A stretch of 37,363 nt of DNA from a virus (IMGVR_UViG_3300030708_003795:1-37363); one strand, 5' to 3'; counted from the stretch's first letter, positions 25,863 to 34,945 are shown. The notes: generated by a model from the letters alone, not told the origin. Numbers and translations are program-made.

Positions 25863-26969
25863 TTAGGACACAGTACCGATACGAACAACCTTCTTCGGGT
25901 CCATCCGCACAGAACCCAGTCCAAGGCTGTGGAAAGCCTGGAGAGAGTAGCCACGCTGAGGAAGCTCGTCGAAGCGAACGCTCATGTCCTGTGCCATTCC
26001 AAACACCATGGAGCTACGAGTGTACATATACGCGTAAGAACCATCAGCAATCTCGCTAAGAGTCGTTGCGTCATCGGCAGTCATTGCAGTAGTGATTCCT
26101 GTCTCAATCTCATTAGAAAGACGGAACTCACAACCGAGGAAGTTGGCAATCTCACCGCTCATCAACGGACGAATCGCGTTGAAGTCGTAGCTGGTCAGGC
26201 TGGTATCGGCCAGAAGGAATCGAGCAATGGCCGGGTTCATGGCAACGTAAACCGGATCACCAGGATTAATGGCACCCTGCTGCTCCAAGATCTGACGACC
26301 TTTGACCAAGTCTTCCACCGACAAAGTGGAATTGTCAGCACCTACGTCAACGGTGTTGGCCATCAAGGTGTAATTGCCATCAGTCATGGCTGCACCAATG
26401 GAACCTGCCGGAGGAGCCGAAATTCCAGTCCCTGCACTGCTTCCAGCAGTGGCTCCACCCTGAGCAACGGAAATGTCTTGAACATAATTATAGGTGGAAG
26501 CAGAGCCAGCTGAAGTCACCCCAGCAGAACCCGAAAGAGCGGCGTAAATCACTTCGTCCTTTTTACGAGCGAAGGCGGCTGCCACGTTCATCAGGTAGTT
26601 GGAATCGGGGCGAATAGCACGAAGAAGAGCTGGCTCGTCGCGAGGATCGAACAACTCGGCAAACTCGTGGAACTCTGGAACCACGGTTCTACGCTCGGTC
26701 AGAGTTTCAGAGTAGTTCTGATCGTTAGTCTCCGCACCAAAAAGCTGACCACGATCACGAGTGGTCGTTGCGACCGGCTTGTAAGAATCCAGGTTCAGCG
26801 GATCACCACGAAGCTCCTCGTAAGTACAGGTATCGGAAAGACGACTTTCCATGGTCTGTGCTTTGAGGCGAATGGTGTCGGCGTAAGCCTGTTTGAAAAG
26901 ATCGACATAGTTGGTGTCGCCGCCCACTGATCCAGGCCAATTAGCCGCAGTGGTTGTTGGGTATGCCAT
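25863..26969 (-). CDS. Major capsid protein (HK97 fold, podovirus type)
   Basis: GAGGAG SD; AAAFARKKDEVI, L.SGEI.NFLG.EF, G.VRMDPKKVV.I; 368 aa after scaffold. Confidence 0.92.
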   Translation of the reverse strand: MAYPTTTAANWPGSVGGDTNYVDLFKQAYADTIRLKAQTMESRLSDTCTYEELRGDPLNLDSYKPVATTTRDRGQLFGAETNDQNYSETLTERRTVVPEFHEFAELFDPRDEPALLRAIRPDSNYLMNVAAAFARKKDEVIYAALSGSAGVTSAGSASTYNYVQDISVAQGGATAGSSAGTGISAPPAGSIGAAMTDGNYTLMANTVDVGADNSTLSVEDLVKGRQILEQQGAINPGDPVYVAMNPAIARFLLADTSLTSYDFNAIRPLMSGEIANFLGCEFRLSNEIETGITTAMTADDATTLSEIADGSYAYMYTRSSMVFGMAQDMSVRFDELPQRGYSLQAFHSLGLGSVRMDPKKVVRIGTVS

Positions 26970-27002
26970 TGCATACTCCTCTCTGAAAAGTTAAGTAAAA
27001 AC

Positions 27003-27112
27003 TTGTCCGAGAGGGTATCCGCAATCGGGCCTCACCGTGGGCTATCGGGTGCCTTGCCGCTATTCTTTCACAGCGTCAGGGACCGGCCTCAAGAGAGGGT
27101 GTCGGCTCCAAG
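27003..27112 (-). promoter_or_regulatory. Putative structured 5' leader of the capsid mRNA
   Basis: Hairpins CGCUGU-GAAAGA-AUAGCG and GAGG-C-CCG-AUUG-CGG-AUAC-CCUC; GAYA(C/G)CC occurs three times. Confidence 0.5.
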
Positions 27113-27130
27113 GATATTCATCCCTAGTTT

Positions 27131-27349
27131 TCAAACTTTGTCAACACTTTTTTTCCTGGGCCGACCACCCTTTAACTCCGATTGTCTCTGAGGAAACGTC
27201 CCACCTTTTTCGCCTTCCAGCCGATCCACTTCTTTATGAATGGCTTGGCTGACCAGACAGGAAAGGGTGAGGTTTTCCAGGTCACAAACTGCGTTTCTCG
27301 CCCGATTCACCGCTTCCTGATCGACTAAAAAGGTGTGACGTATTTTCAT
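27131..27349 (-). CDS. Ribbon-helix-helix DNA-binding protein (plasmid ParB C-terminal-like), 72 aa
   Basis: RHTFLVD beta strand, RARNA helix, TLS.LVSQAI..EV.RLE....G.FP.....L.GGRP; ATG 1 nt after scaffold stop. Confidence 0.65.
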   Translation of the reverse strand: MKIRHTFLVDQEAVNRARNAVCDLENLTLSCLVSQAIHKEVDRLEGEKGGTFPQRQSELKGGRPRKKSVDKV

Positions 27350-27350
27350 G

Positions 27351-28130
27351 CTAAACCTTGAATCTGGGGTCTGTGAGGCCCTGATATCCGGCATTCATCA
27401 GGATTTCCTGAATCTCCATGTATCGCTTGAAGTCGGTGCGGTAATCCTCGTGGCGAGGGTCAAGGGGGCTGCCCTTGCTCATCAACTTCAGTCCTTCATT
27501 GACCAAAGCATCAATGTTATCTCCACCGGGAGTGCTGACTGCCTGATCGGGGCTTTTATCGTCTGCCATTGTTTCTCCTGTTTGAATCATCATTTCCAAA
27601 ATGGCCGGATGGTCCACCAAACCCGTTTTTGACAGCACAGAGCTGATATCCGGGTTTGCCTCAACCAGGCCGTCCAAGGTTCTTTTTGCCTGAGCCAGTT
27701 TTTCGTCCAAAGCTTCGCCATAACGCAACTTTGCACTGTTTTGCCACTCTTCACGCATTTTCTCGATCTGAGCATTTTCTGCTTCAGAATCGCGCACCAG
27801 CTGGTCTTTGGCGACCTGGCTCAACGCGTCCCACTGACCTTTGGTCAAACCTGCCTCGTGGGCCACTTTACTCATGGGGTCCAGCACTTGTCTCTGCTGC
27901 TCATTTTCGGGCATGGAGTATCCGTGTGGCGTTTCAGGTCGCCCCATTTTGCCCCAAAACTTCTCCCACTCGTCAGGAGTTGCCCCAGAATCGGGCACCC
28001 GCAACGTGCTGCTGAACTTTTTATTCAGACTATTGTACGCAGATTCCAAATCTTCCGGAGATTCGTACTTATTGGCGTACTTTCTCGGAGGGGATTCAGA
28101 TTCCACGGAATCCTGATTCTCTTCACTCAA
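27351..28130 (-). CDS. Capsid scaffolding protein
   Basis: KY.S.EDL..AY..L.KK, P...A.PDEW..FW.K.GRPE.P..Y motifs; acidic; between portal and capsid. Confidence 0.85.
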   Translation of the reverse strand: MSEENQDSVESESPPRKYANKYESPEDLESAYNSLNKKFSSTLRVPDSGATPDEWEKFWGKMGRPETPHGYSMPENEQQRQVLDPMSKVAHEAGLTKGQWDALSQVAKDQLVRDSEAENAQIEKMREEWQNSAKLRYGEALDEKLAQAKRTLDGLVEANPDISSVLSKTGLVDHPAILEMMIQTGETMADDKSPDQAVSTPGGDNIDALVNEGLKLMSKGSPLDPRHEDYRTDFKRYMEIQEILMNAGYQGLTDPRFKV

Positions 28131-28422
28131 CGGACTTCCTTTCTTTCTTCAGCCTCTTGGCTTCCTCAATCATGGCCACAATCTTCCAATAGGCAGACTG
28201 CAACCCTTTCCTTTTTGCCATTCCAATGGGACAAATGCCCATCACTTTCAACTCGCCCTGATTCCGCAAGACCGTGTTCAGGTGTTCTTCCGGCTCCACG
28301 GTTTCCCGCACTCCGAAAAACTTTTCCATCCACTTCAACACTCTTTTGCCTTCTTCAGTGCCAAACACCTGGTCAAAGTCCCCAAACATTTGAAGATCTT
28401 TGTCTGAGTAAACATTACTCAT
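28123..28422 (-). CDS. Bbp19-like small protein
   Basis: F..VFGTEEGKRVL..M motif; canonical position between portal and scaffold. Confidence 0.75.
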   Translation of the reverse strand: MSNVYSDKDLQMFGDFDQVFGTEEGKRVLKWMEKFFGVRETVEPEEHLNTVLRNQGELKVMGICPIGMAKRKGLQSAYWKIVAMIEEAKRLKKERKSVE

Positions 28423-28643
28423 TTACTGCCCTTCTTCCTGTTCACTCGCCGGCTCACAATCCGCAGATTGCTTTTGTGATTCGTGCCTCCCTTGGACAAG
28501 GGGCGTTTGTGGTCCACCTCTTGACCAGGTTTGGCATTCATTTTCCTGCGAGCTTGATTTCTCATGCTTCTTCTTTTGATTTGCTCAGGCTTTCCATGGA
28601 AATCACGGTACTCTTTTTTGTAGTCCCGTTTTTTCTTGGCCAC
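28419..28643 (-). CDS. Small HNH endonuclease-like protein
   Basis: RDYKKEY...RN.ARR; VDHKRPLSKGGTN..SNLR.VS...NR.K. Confidence 0.88.
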   Translation of the reverse strand: MAKKKRDYKKEYRDFHGKPEQIKRRSMRNQARRKMNAKPGQEVDHKRPLSKGGTNHKSNLRIVSRRVNRKKGSK

Positions 28644-30319
28644 TATTGCCCTCCCACTTCTGGCGGAACACTGCTCCCTGGAAGATTGCCGGCACTCACA
28701 GGGATCGGACTTGGCCCACTGGCCGGAGTGCCCCCCTGGGAAGCCATCATCATTTCCATCATTCTCTGCTGGGCGGCCTTTTCTGCCTTGGCCATTCTCC
28801 GCTGCTCGATTTCTTCTTCGGTGCGGAAGATATCTGCCGGCACATCGCTCATTCGACTGTCGTATTCTGCAATACGATCTGGGTCGAGATCGTCGATAAA
28901 GGCCGTGTCCTGAGTAGCCTGGAAGAGAGAAAGTCTTCTTTCTAGGAAAGCCTGGACCCGCAGAGCAGAGGCCGCTTTGGCTGCCGTGAAAAAGGGGCTG
29001 GCAAACTCCACATCAATGGTGATGTCTTCTCCGAGTATCTCTGCCACCTCATTCAGTTCAGCTAAGGCACCGCCCCTTTGCATGATCCTGATGATTGTCC
29101 CGATGACCGGTTGCAAGAACTCGTAGTTCACCACTTCAGCTGGAGCCGCCAGCCGTTGTATTGCTCGCATTTGTCTTTGACGGGATTCTTCCGCAGATCG
29201 AGGCTGAGTGTCCGGTTCCTGCAGCACATCGCCCAAGAATACTTTCAAGATCTGCTCACGGTCCTGACGAGCAATCAGATCCGCTACTCCGTAGTCAGTC
29301 CCACTTTTCAGGAACTGCGGAGCCACCTTCTGAGGGGGTCGGGTCACCATGATTCCATTGGGAGCAATGTCCAACTCCACCATGGTATCGTGTTCCACCA
29401 TGAGGGGTGGGTTCAGGTCTCTTCCTGCGGCAATCAGAACCTGTCTTCTCAGCTCATTGATTCCAGCAGCGTCTGGACGAGCCAGGTGACCTTTGCCCCG
29501 TCCATATTCCTCACCATCAACCACCATGTATCGAGAAACCGTGTAGGGCATGAAGTCATATCCACCCTGGCGAACAATCGTTCCACTTTCTCCGCACAAA
29601 TACACGCTGGCATAGTCTTTTTTCGTGGCCACTGCTGAAGTGACGGGGCTGTATCGACCCGTGGGGAAAACAAAGTGATAGTAAGGCACCATTTCCATGG
29701 GGTTGCCTCGCATCATCATGTCTTCTGCACTGGGGCCAGCATTGCCATCAAAATATTTCATGGCATCCGCTGCCGGCAGTTCCATTTCCCGGCAAGCCAT
29801 GACAATCTTTTGCCCTTTGCCCAGAAGCCACCACATATTTTCAATCGGCACTGCTTCAAAAATCAGTCCACCAAAAGTAGAATCGTCTTTGTTCAACACC
29901 GGAGTGTCTTCTTCTACATAGAGGGTGGAGTTTCCCAGAATGGCAAAATCCCTCAATGCACTGGTGGCCTGGATGTAGAAGTTGGAATCTGCAAGAGCTT
30001 CCAGGATCTTCATTGCCGCCCGGTCGAGTTGAGTCCTCACCGCAACGTCTGCTTCACGATCCCGAAGTTTCAATCGAAGCCAGTCTGAAGAACTGGGCAA
30101 AACCGCACTTTTGAGAAAGTTGACGAAAGAATCGGCGGCATTCATGGCGGTAGTATCAAACACCGATCCAATCCTTTTGCCTCCAGGACTCTTCTTTGTC
30201 GTAATATCTCCACGGAATGGCTGCATCAAATCATTGATTTCTTGCCAAGTATTCTCGTGGTTGTTTCTTCTGCCCTTCAGGTATCCCAACCTGATGTTCA
30301 GTTCCTGATCCAAACTCAT
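28643..30319 (-). CDS. Portal protein (head-tail connector, T7 gp8/Bbp21-like)
   Basis: FDTTA..A, SNFY......L.D...LGN, GEEYGRG, R.AEE...R motifs; 558 aa. Confidence 0.93.
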   Translation of the reverse strand: MSLDQELNIRLGYLKGRRNNHENTWQEINDLMQPFRGDITTKKSPGGKRIGSVFDTTAMNAADSFVNFLKSAVLPSSSDWLRLKLRDREADVAVRTQLDRAAMKILEALADSNFYIQATSALRDFAILGNSTLYVEEDTPVLNKDDSTFGGLIFEAVPIENMWWLLGKGQKIVMACREMELPAADAMKYFDGNAGPSAEDMMMRGNPMEMVPYYHFVFPTGRYSPVTSAVATKKDYASVYLCGESGTIVRQGGYDFMPYTVSRYMVVDGEEYGRGKGHLARPDAAGINELRRQVLIAAGRDLNPPLMVEHDTMVELDIAPNGIMVTRPPQKVAPQFLKSGTDYGVADLIARQDREQILKVFLGDVLQEPDTQPRSAEESRQRQMRAIQRLAAPAEVVNYEFLQPVIGTIIRIMQRGGALAELNEVAEILGEDITIDVEFASPFFTAAKAASALRVQAFLERRLSLFQATQDTAFIDDLDPDRIAEYDSRMSDVPADIFRTEEEIEQRRMAKAEKAAQQRMMEMMMASQGGTPASGPSPIPVSAGNLPGSSVPPEVGGQ

Positions 30320-30327
30320 GTCATCCC

Positions 30328-31779
30328 CTAACCAAAGAAATCGAACTCGGGCAACTTAAACGGCAATCGATACCCCCCAGAGTTAGGGGGTTCTGCTTCC
30401 CTCAACATCATCACACCCTTGTGCATTGCGTCGATCAGGTGGTCATCCTGCTTCGTTTTCACTTTTCCAGAATCATGCCGGTAAGTTCTCTTTTCCTTCA
30501 ACAACTCCTGGCAACTTCTGAAAATCTTAAAACTTCCCATTTGCATTCGATCTATCACGGCTTCAATCACCGTCATAATCGCAAAAGTCTTTTTTCCATC
30601 GTGGCCGATCATATGACTGCTGGTATTGAGCATTTTCAGACCAAACTCGTCATACTTTTGTTTAATCGTGCCTCCGTCTATGAATCCTCGACCCGCGTCG
30701 TGGGGCCAAGCGCAGTTAATGCTCTCAGCTCCCATTGCCAAGGCCCGGTGAGCATAGTGGACCGTGTCTCTACCCTGGTCTTTGTACTCACCCACCACAT
30801 ACAGCACATCATTGGATTCATCGTAGGCCAGTTTCACCAAAGCGAAAAATCCCACTCCGTGAGGAAAGTCCAAACCTATGATTTGGGGCCAATCCGCCGG
30901 CACGTTGAAATCATCCACCACCAGCAGCTCATCTGGCATGGTGTAGATAATGCCGGCTCCCCTGACGGGCCTTCCATGCAATCGAGCTTCTGCCAGGGGG
31001 TGATTTTTGTATTTCTCGATCAGGCTGGCCCGGTGGTCGTCGTCCATGTGGGTCGCGTCGGTGATATCGTAGTTCACCAACTCCCTCACCCCACTCTTGT
31101 CCTGCTCAAAGAGAATGTACAATTCTGTTTCGCCCTGGAGGGGAGTCATGGAAATATCCATTCTCCCTTTCGTGGCGTTGAGTCGAGCAGAAAACTCGTC
31201 GTAAACCGGGAAGGGTGGCTCCTCGTCAATCCCGATCCAATTCAGGGTATATCCCTGCAAACGCTGCCAGCCCGTGGAGTATGAGAAAACCATGCACTTG
31301 CTCATACCGTCGAATCGACCGTCTGCGTCATAATGCTTCACCATGAAATAATCGATTTGGTTGGCGATTCCCCCACTCAACCGAACGATATCCTTTTCAG
31401 GGTCAAAGCAATGTTCCGGGATATAACCACTTCCCCGTTCCTGAAGACCTCCCAGCAATCGGTCGCACAAAAGATCTCGTGTACTTTGTGCGGTTTCTCC
31501 CCCAATGGCTGCATTGATTGGACCTTCAAATCTAGGACCCTCATATTCCGGCGGATACAAACCCGTGAGGTGGTACGCCGCTTTCATACACAAAGCCGTA
31601 GATTTTCCAGCCTGGTTCAATCCTGCAAACAAAGTTTCGTGAGTTTCACTATTGATGAAATCCCATTGACGAGGATTGGGAGCTAATCGACTGAGTTTGT
31701 CATACTCAGCCCTCCGAGCCAGTTCCTGCTCAATTTCCAGCTCTGCTAAAAGCTGGTCTCTATTGAGGGCCTCGCTCAT
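30328..31779 (-). CDS. terL: Terminase large subunit
   Basis: Walker A AGLNQAGKS, Walker B IGIDEEPP, SMTPLQG coupling motif, nuclease IIGLDF ... DDHLIDA. Confidence 0.95.
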   Translation of the reverse strand: MSEALNRDQLLAELEIEQELARRAEYDKLSRLAPNPRQWDFINSETHETLFAGLNQAGKSTALCMKAAYHLTGLYPPEYEGPRFEGPINAAIGGETAQSTRDLLCDRLLGGLQERGSGYIPEHCFDPEKDIVRLSGGIANQIDYFMVKHYDADGRFDGMSKCMVFSYSTGWQRLQGYTLNWIGIDEEPPFPVYDEFSARLNATKGRMDISMTPLQGETELYILFEQDKSGVRELVNYDITDATHMDDDHRASLIEKYKNHPLAEARLHGRPVRGAGIIYTMPDELLVVDDFNVPADWPQIIGLDFPHGVGFFALVKLAYDESNDVLYVVGEYKDQGRDTVHYAHRALAMGAESINCAWPHDAGRGFIDGGTIKQKYDEFGLKMLNTSSHMIGHDGKKTFAIMTVIEAVIDRMQMGSFKIFRSCQELLKEKRTYRHDSGKVKTKQDDHLIDAMHKGVMMLREAEPPNSGGYRLPFKLPEFDFFG

Positions 31780-32381
31780 TCCTTAAACTCCTCTTCTTCC
31801 TCTTCCTGCTCCTGCTTCTCCACATAGGACAAGCGAGCCTGGTCGGCCTCTTCACGCTCCTGCATGGCCAACTGACGAGCGTCTCGACGATCCTGGAGCA
31901 TTTTCACCAGTTCCTCGTCACTCAGCTCATTCAGATTCTCCTTCTGGGTATGCTCCACCTTGGAAGCCACCTCTTTCGGAAGAATGTCTTTAATGAGGTA
32001 TTTAATCATAAAGCCCAGCACTTCTCGGCCTTCGGGAGTGTCAGGATCGGCACCCTCCACCATTTGAGGAATCTTGTCAAAAAGGCCGGCTTTGGCCAGT
32101 TTGTTGACAAAATCCTTCTTAATTTGCATGGGGTTCATTTTCTCGACCATGTTTTTGCGTTTGGCAAGTCTGGGTCGATCCTGGGTCAGTTTCCACCAAC
32201 CCTGGAATTCCTCGTCGGTGGCCACCGCTCCCATTGCCACTTCATACGGAATCCCGGCCTTATCCGCCGCGTCCACAAAATGCAACCCCTGCTCTATGCC
32301 CTTTTGCATATCGTGCCGGCGCTGCTCACGAATCAAATAAACACCCACTTTTGTCTGGCGTTTACTTCCTACCTTTGGCAT
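31776..32381 (-). CDS. Probable terminase small subunit (start uncertain)
   Basis: ATGA-coupled to TerL; HTH-like AADKAGIPY; L.ELSDEEL motif; acidic tail. Confidence 0.65.
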   Translation of the reverse strand: MPKVGSKRQTKVGVYLIREQRRHDMQKGIEQGLHFVDAADKAGIPYEVAMGAVATDEEFQGWWKLTQDRPRLAKRKNMVEKMNPMQIKKDFVNKLAKAGLFDKIPQMVEGADPDTPEGREVLGFMIKYLIKDILPKEVASKVEHTQKENLNELSDEELVKMLQDRRDARQLAMQEREEADQARLSYVEKQEQEEEEEEFKE

Positions 32382-32444
32382 CTTATGTTGGTGACTCAAG
32401 TTTCCCCCTAGTGCTTCCTTGCACTGTATCAGAAAGGTAAGACC

Positions 32445-32927
32445 TTGACACAAGAACTTTTAGACGCACTCGCCACTCTCAATGAGAACATGGAGAAAAA
32501 CAACCAACTTCTCCGGGGCATCTCCAACCTCATTGAGGAAAACCCAGGTCTCGACAAATTTGCCCAGGAGCTTCACAAACTTTCCACTTCCATTGGGCAA
32601 ATTGGCAAAATAGCCGCTTCTGAAATACAGGGGAAATCTGGAAACACCGACAGCAAGGGCCGCTCGATTGTCAAGCCCCAGTGGGAAAAGTGCGACACCA
32701 AGGGAGACTGGGTTTGCCGGAAACCCGAAAATGCCAAAGAAACCGAATGCAAAAAGTGCGGGAAAAAGATTATTTGGACCGTGACCAAAAACAACAAAAA
32801 AATGCCCATTTCAGAATGCCCCACAAGACCCTCCTGGTGGGTCAGCCATTTCGATTCCTGCAAACCCGACAATCCCTCGCCAGCTCCTGCCGCTAAAAGC
32901 GACCAAGACATGGACTTCCCCTTCTAA
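32445..32927 (+). CDS. Coiled-coil + Zn-binding protein with SSB-like acidic tail (DQDMDFPF)
   Basis: AGAAAGG SD before TTG; CKKCGKKIIW..T...KKMP...SHFDSC. Confidence 0.75.
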   Translation: MTQELLDALATLNENMEKNNQLLRGISNLIEENPGLDKFAQELHKLSTSIGQIGKIAASEIQGKSGNTDSKGRSIVKPQWEKCDTKGDWVCRKPENAKETECKKCGKKIIWTVTKNNKKMPISECPTRPSWWVSHFDSCKPDNPSPAPAAKSDQDMDFPF

Positions 32928-33297
32928 ACGGATTTCTTTTGACAGCCCCCCAGATATGAGGTACATCCCCTCTTGACATAGTGTCAGTACCAAGTTCTGG
33001 GGGGTCTTCGGTACGCTGCGACAAACTCAGAGGCAACTCAGGAGCATAATCGCGGGTCAATTTCTCCTCTTACCCACTCCAGATTAGTGCCATCAGAGAA
33101 ATTTCTCTCTGGGGGGGTAAGGGGGGGTTTTGACCTGCTCCAAATCTAGGAAACAATCTAGGAGCATTTAGTTACTAATAACTCCTATATTTGACCTGGA
33201 TTCCTAAATTTCGATCTCTCTCCAGGGCCAGCAAGACTAGTGTTTCGCCTTTCTCACTTTTCCTTGTTGGCCCTATCTACATACAAAAAGAGGCAAA

Positions 33298-33579
33298 TTG
33301 AGAAGACCATTTGTGATTAAGCTATTTTTGGAAGAAAGTAACCCAGAAGCAATTCTTCTCGATAATCTTGACCAGGCTCTTATTGGACACTGCAAAATCA
33401 AACAAACTGACAGCCAGGTAGCTGTTTATTCAGAAACGAAGATTCTTCAAACTCTCATGAAGAATAATAGCTGGGGGTATAATCAAGCCCTAAACTATTT
33501 CTACCAGAATGTCGATTGTGCCTATATGGGGCCAAATACCCCTATAATCGTTAGTGATCTGCCCTCACACACGGCGTAA
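33298..33579 (+). CDS. Conserved phage protein of unknown function
   Basis: LD.ALIG...VAVYS..KI...L.......A..YF..N...AYMG..TP pattern recalled from marine phages. Confidence 0.75.
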   Translation: MRRPFVIKLFLEESNPEAILLDNLDQALIGHCKIKQTDSQVAVYSETKILQTLMKNNSWGYNQALNYFYQNVDCAYMGPNTPIIVSDLPSHTA

Positions 33580-34058
33580 TTGTGGAGAGAGTATATATAT
33601 ATGCACACGCAGCGCCGCGCTGGGGGGCCCCACCCCACCACCCCTCGGCCATGTTCCGATAACTGCTCTTATGGGATGTGGATTATTGGACCATTGTCGG
33701 CCTATCATGCCAAATTCGGGCAGTATTCGCCAAAATACGCAAGATCGACCAAATACTGCTTTTGTTCTCCCCAGGTTTTCGGTCCGATGTCCTGGCGAGC
33801 CGGTCACAAAACCGGTCAGGGTCCGATTTCTCCCGGTTCCGCAGACCACAAGACATCCACAAACTTTCCTCCAATTGAGAATCTCCGCTAGAAATCTCCA
33901 AAATCTAAAAATGAGACCATCGATGATGCAAAATCCCAAAAATCGATTCTAAGGGATCCAAAAAACCTGTGACTGATTACATAGGGTGGGATCTGAAAAC
34001 GTCACACAATTGAAATACGGGATTCGATTTTTTGCCGATTCTCTGAAATTTGGCCAAA

Positions 34059-34125
34059 TGATAGGAAAATGATAGAAAGCTGCGGTGATAGTTAGTCCAG
34101 GTGATAGATGAAAAAATTATGATAG
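34059..34125 (+). repeat. Five TGATAG motifs upstream of the early promoter
   Basis: TGATAG at 34059, 34070, 34086, 34102, 34120. Confidence 0.75.
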
Positions 34126-34147
34126 ATTTGCCGGATACTATAGATCC

Positions 34148-34177
34148 CTGACGTTTTACGGCCATTTGTGCTAAAAT
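34148..34177 (+). promoter_or_regulatory. Putative sigma70-type early promoter
   Basis: CTGACG-18 nt-TAAAAT with extended -10 TGn, ~45 nt before first early ATG. Confidence 0.55.
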
Positions 34178-34222
34178 ACGGGTGTCCGGATCGGTTTCCG
34201 GGCTAGAAATTGGAGAGAGAAA

Positions 34223-34669
34223 ATGGCCAAGTTGAATGAAGTTGAGACTTTGAAGGGGCTTCGGGTGAAGTTGAATCAGGTCCTGGCTGAGGTTTTGGAG
34301 TCCGAAGGCCTGACTGCGACCATCGGAAATATGAATTATGAACGTGATGGTTCGCAAGTCCGGATGAAGTTGACCATCGACACTGTCGAATCGGCATCGA
34401 TGTGTGAGTTTGCTAAACCACTCCAAAATGAGAACATCACCGGCTACCTGTTTTCCGAAAAGAAGAAATTCATCATTACCAAGGATCACATCGGAAAACC
34501 TGTAACCATCAATGGCAAGGAAATGCAGTTTCTCGGATACAAGCCAAAAGGTCGCAAAAAAAATTGGGCCTGTGGAGTTCCCGGTGAAGATGGGCATTTT
34601 GCATTGGATGCGGAATCTCTTGTTTACGTTTCCGCTGATTTCGGATGGCTGAAACTCGAAGATCTGTAA
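34223..34669 (+). CDS. Hypothetical early protein (148 aa)
   Basis: GGAGAGAGA SD; first gene after the long non-coding region. Confidence 0.85.
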   Translation: MAKLNEVETLKGLRVKLNQVLAEVLESEGLTATIGNMNYERDGSQVRMKLTIDTVESASMCEFAKPLQNENITGYLFSEKKKFIITKDHIGKPVTINGKEMQFLGYKPKGRKKNWACGVPGEDGHFALDAESLVYVSADFGWLKLEDL

Positions 34670-34734
34670 TCCGAAACTCGGGGATTTCCCCGAGTCATCG
34701 CATCGTGGCGGATGCGGTCTGAAGATGGAGCCAT
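34670..34734 (+). ncRNA. Type II hammerhead ribozyme 1 (predicted cleavage after GUC at 34696)
   Basis: UCC-GAAA; stem III ACUCGGGG/CCCCGAGU; C17; stem I AUCGCAUC/GAUGCGGU with loop GUGGCG; CUGAAGA-U-GGA; GCCAU pseudoknot. Confidence 0.9.
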
Positions 34735-34752
34735 ACAGATTGGAGAGAGTCG

Positions 34753-34941
34753 ATGCGTGGCTATATCTCTTGCGACTTTGGTCCTGGTGAAAAGTTTCTC
34801 TATTGTGAGGAGTGCGGACGCGAAGCCTTGCATTGGCATGGTTTGGAAATTGACGGTCGCAATGTTTGTGAAGTTTCCGAAAACGATTTAGACGACGATG
34901 CAAAGTGTGATTGTTGTTTAATCAAGAAAAACGAAGGGTAA
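34753..34941 (+). CDS. Small Cys-rich (Zn-finger-like) protein
   Basis: GGAGAGAG SD; CEEC...CDCC. Confidence 0.75.
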   Translation: MRGYISCDFGPGEKFLYCEECGREALHWHGLEIDGRNVCEVSENDLDDDAKCDCCLIKKNEG

Positions 34942-34945
34942 AAAA

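Noticed and set aside
25841-25870. T7 10A/10B-like frameshift extension of the capsid protein
   Set aside because: No slippery heptamer is visible near the stop, and the next gene has its own start
27741-28913. 390-aa plus-strand ORF and other long antisense ORFs over late genes (25785-26513, 29078-29638, 30421-31284)
   Set aside because: Shadows of well-supported minus-strand structural genes, with atypical composition
33554-33952. Several overlapping ORFs on both strands in the 33.55-33.95 kb region
   Set aside because: No SD, low-complexity translations and mutual overlap; more consistent with a non-coding terminal region
33977-34903. 308-aa minus-strand ORF
   Set aside because: Antisense to SD-supported early genes and crosses hammerhead 1 and the promoter
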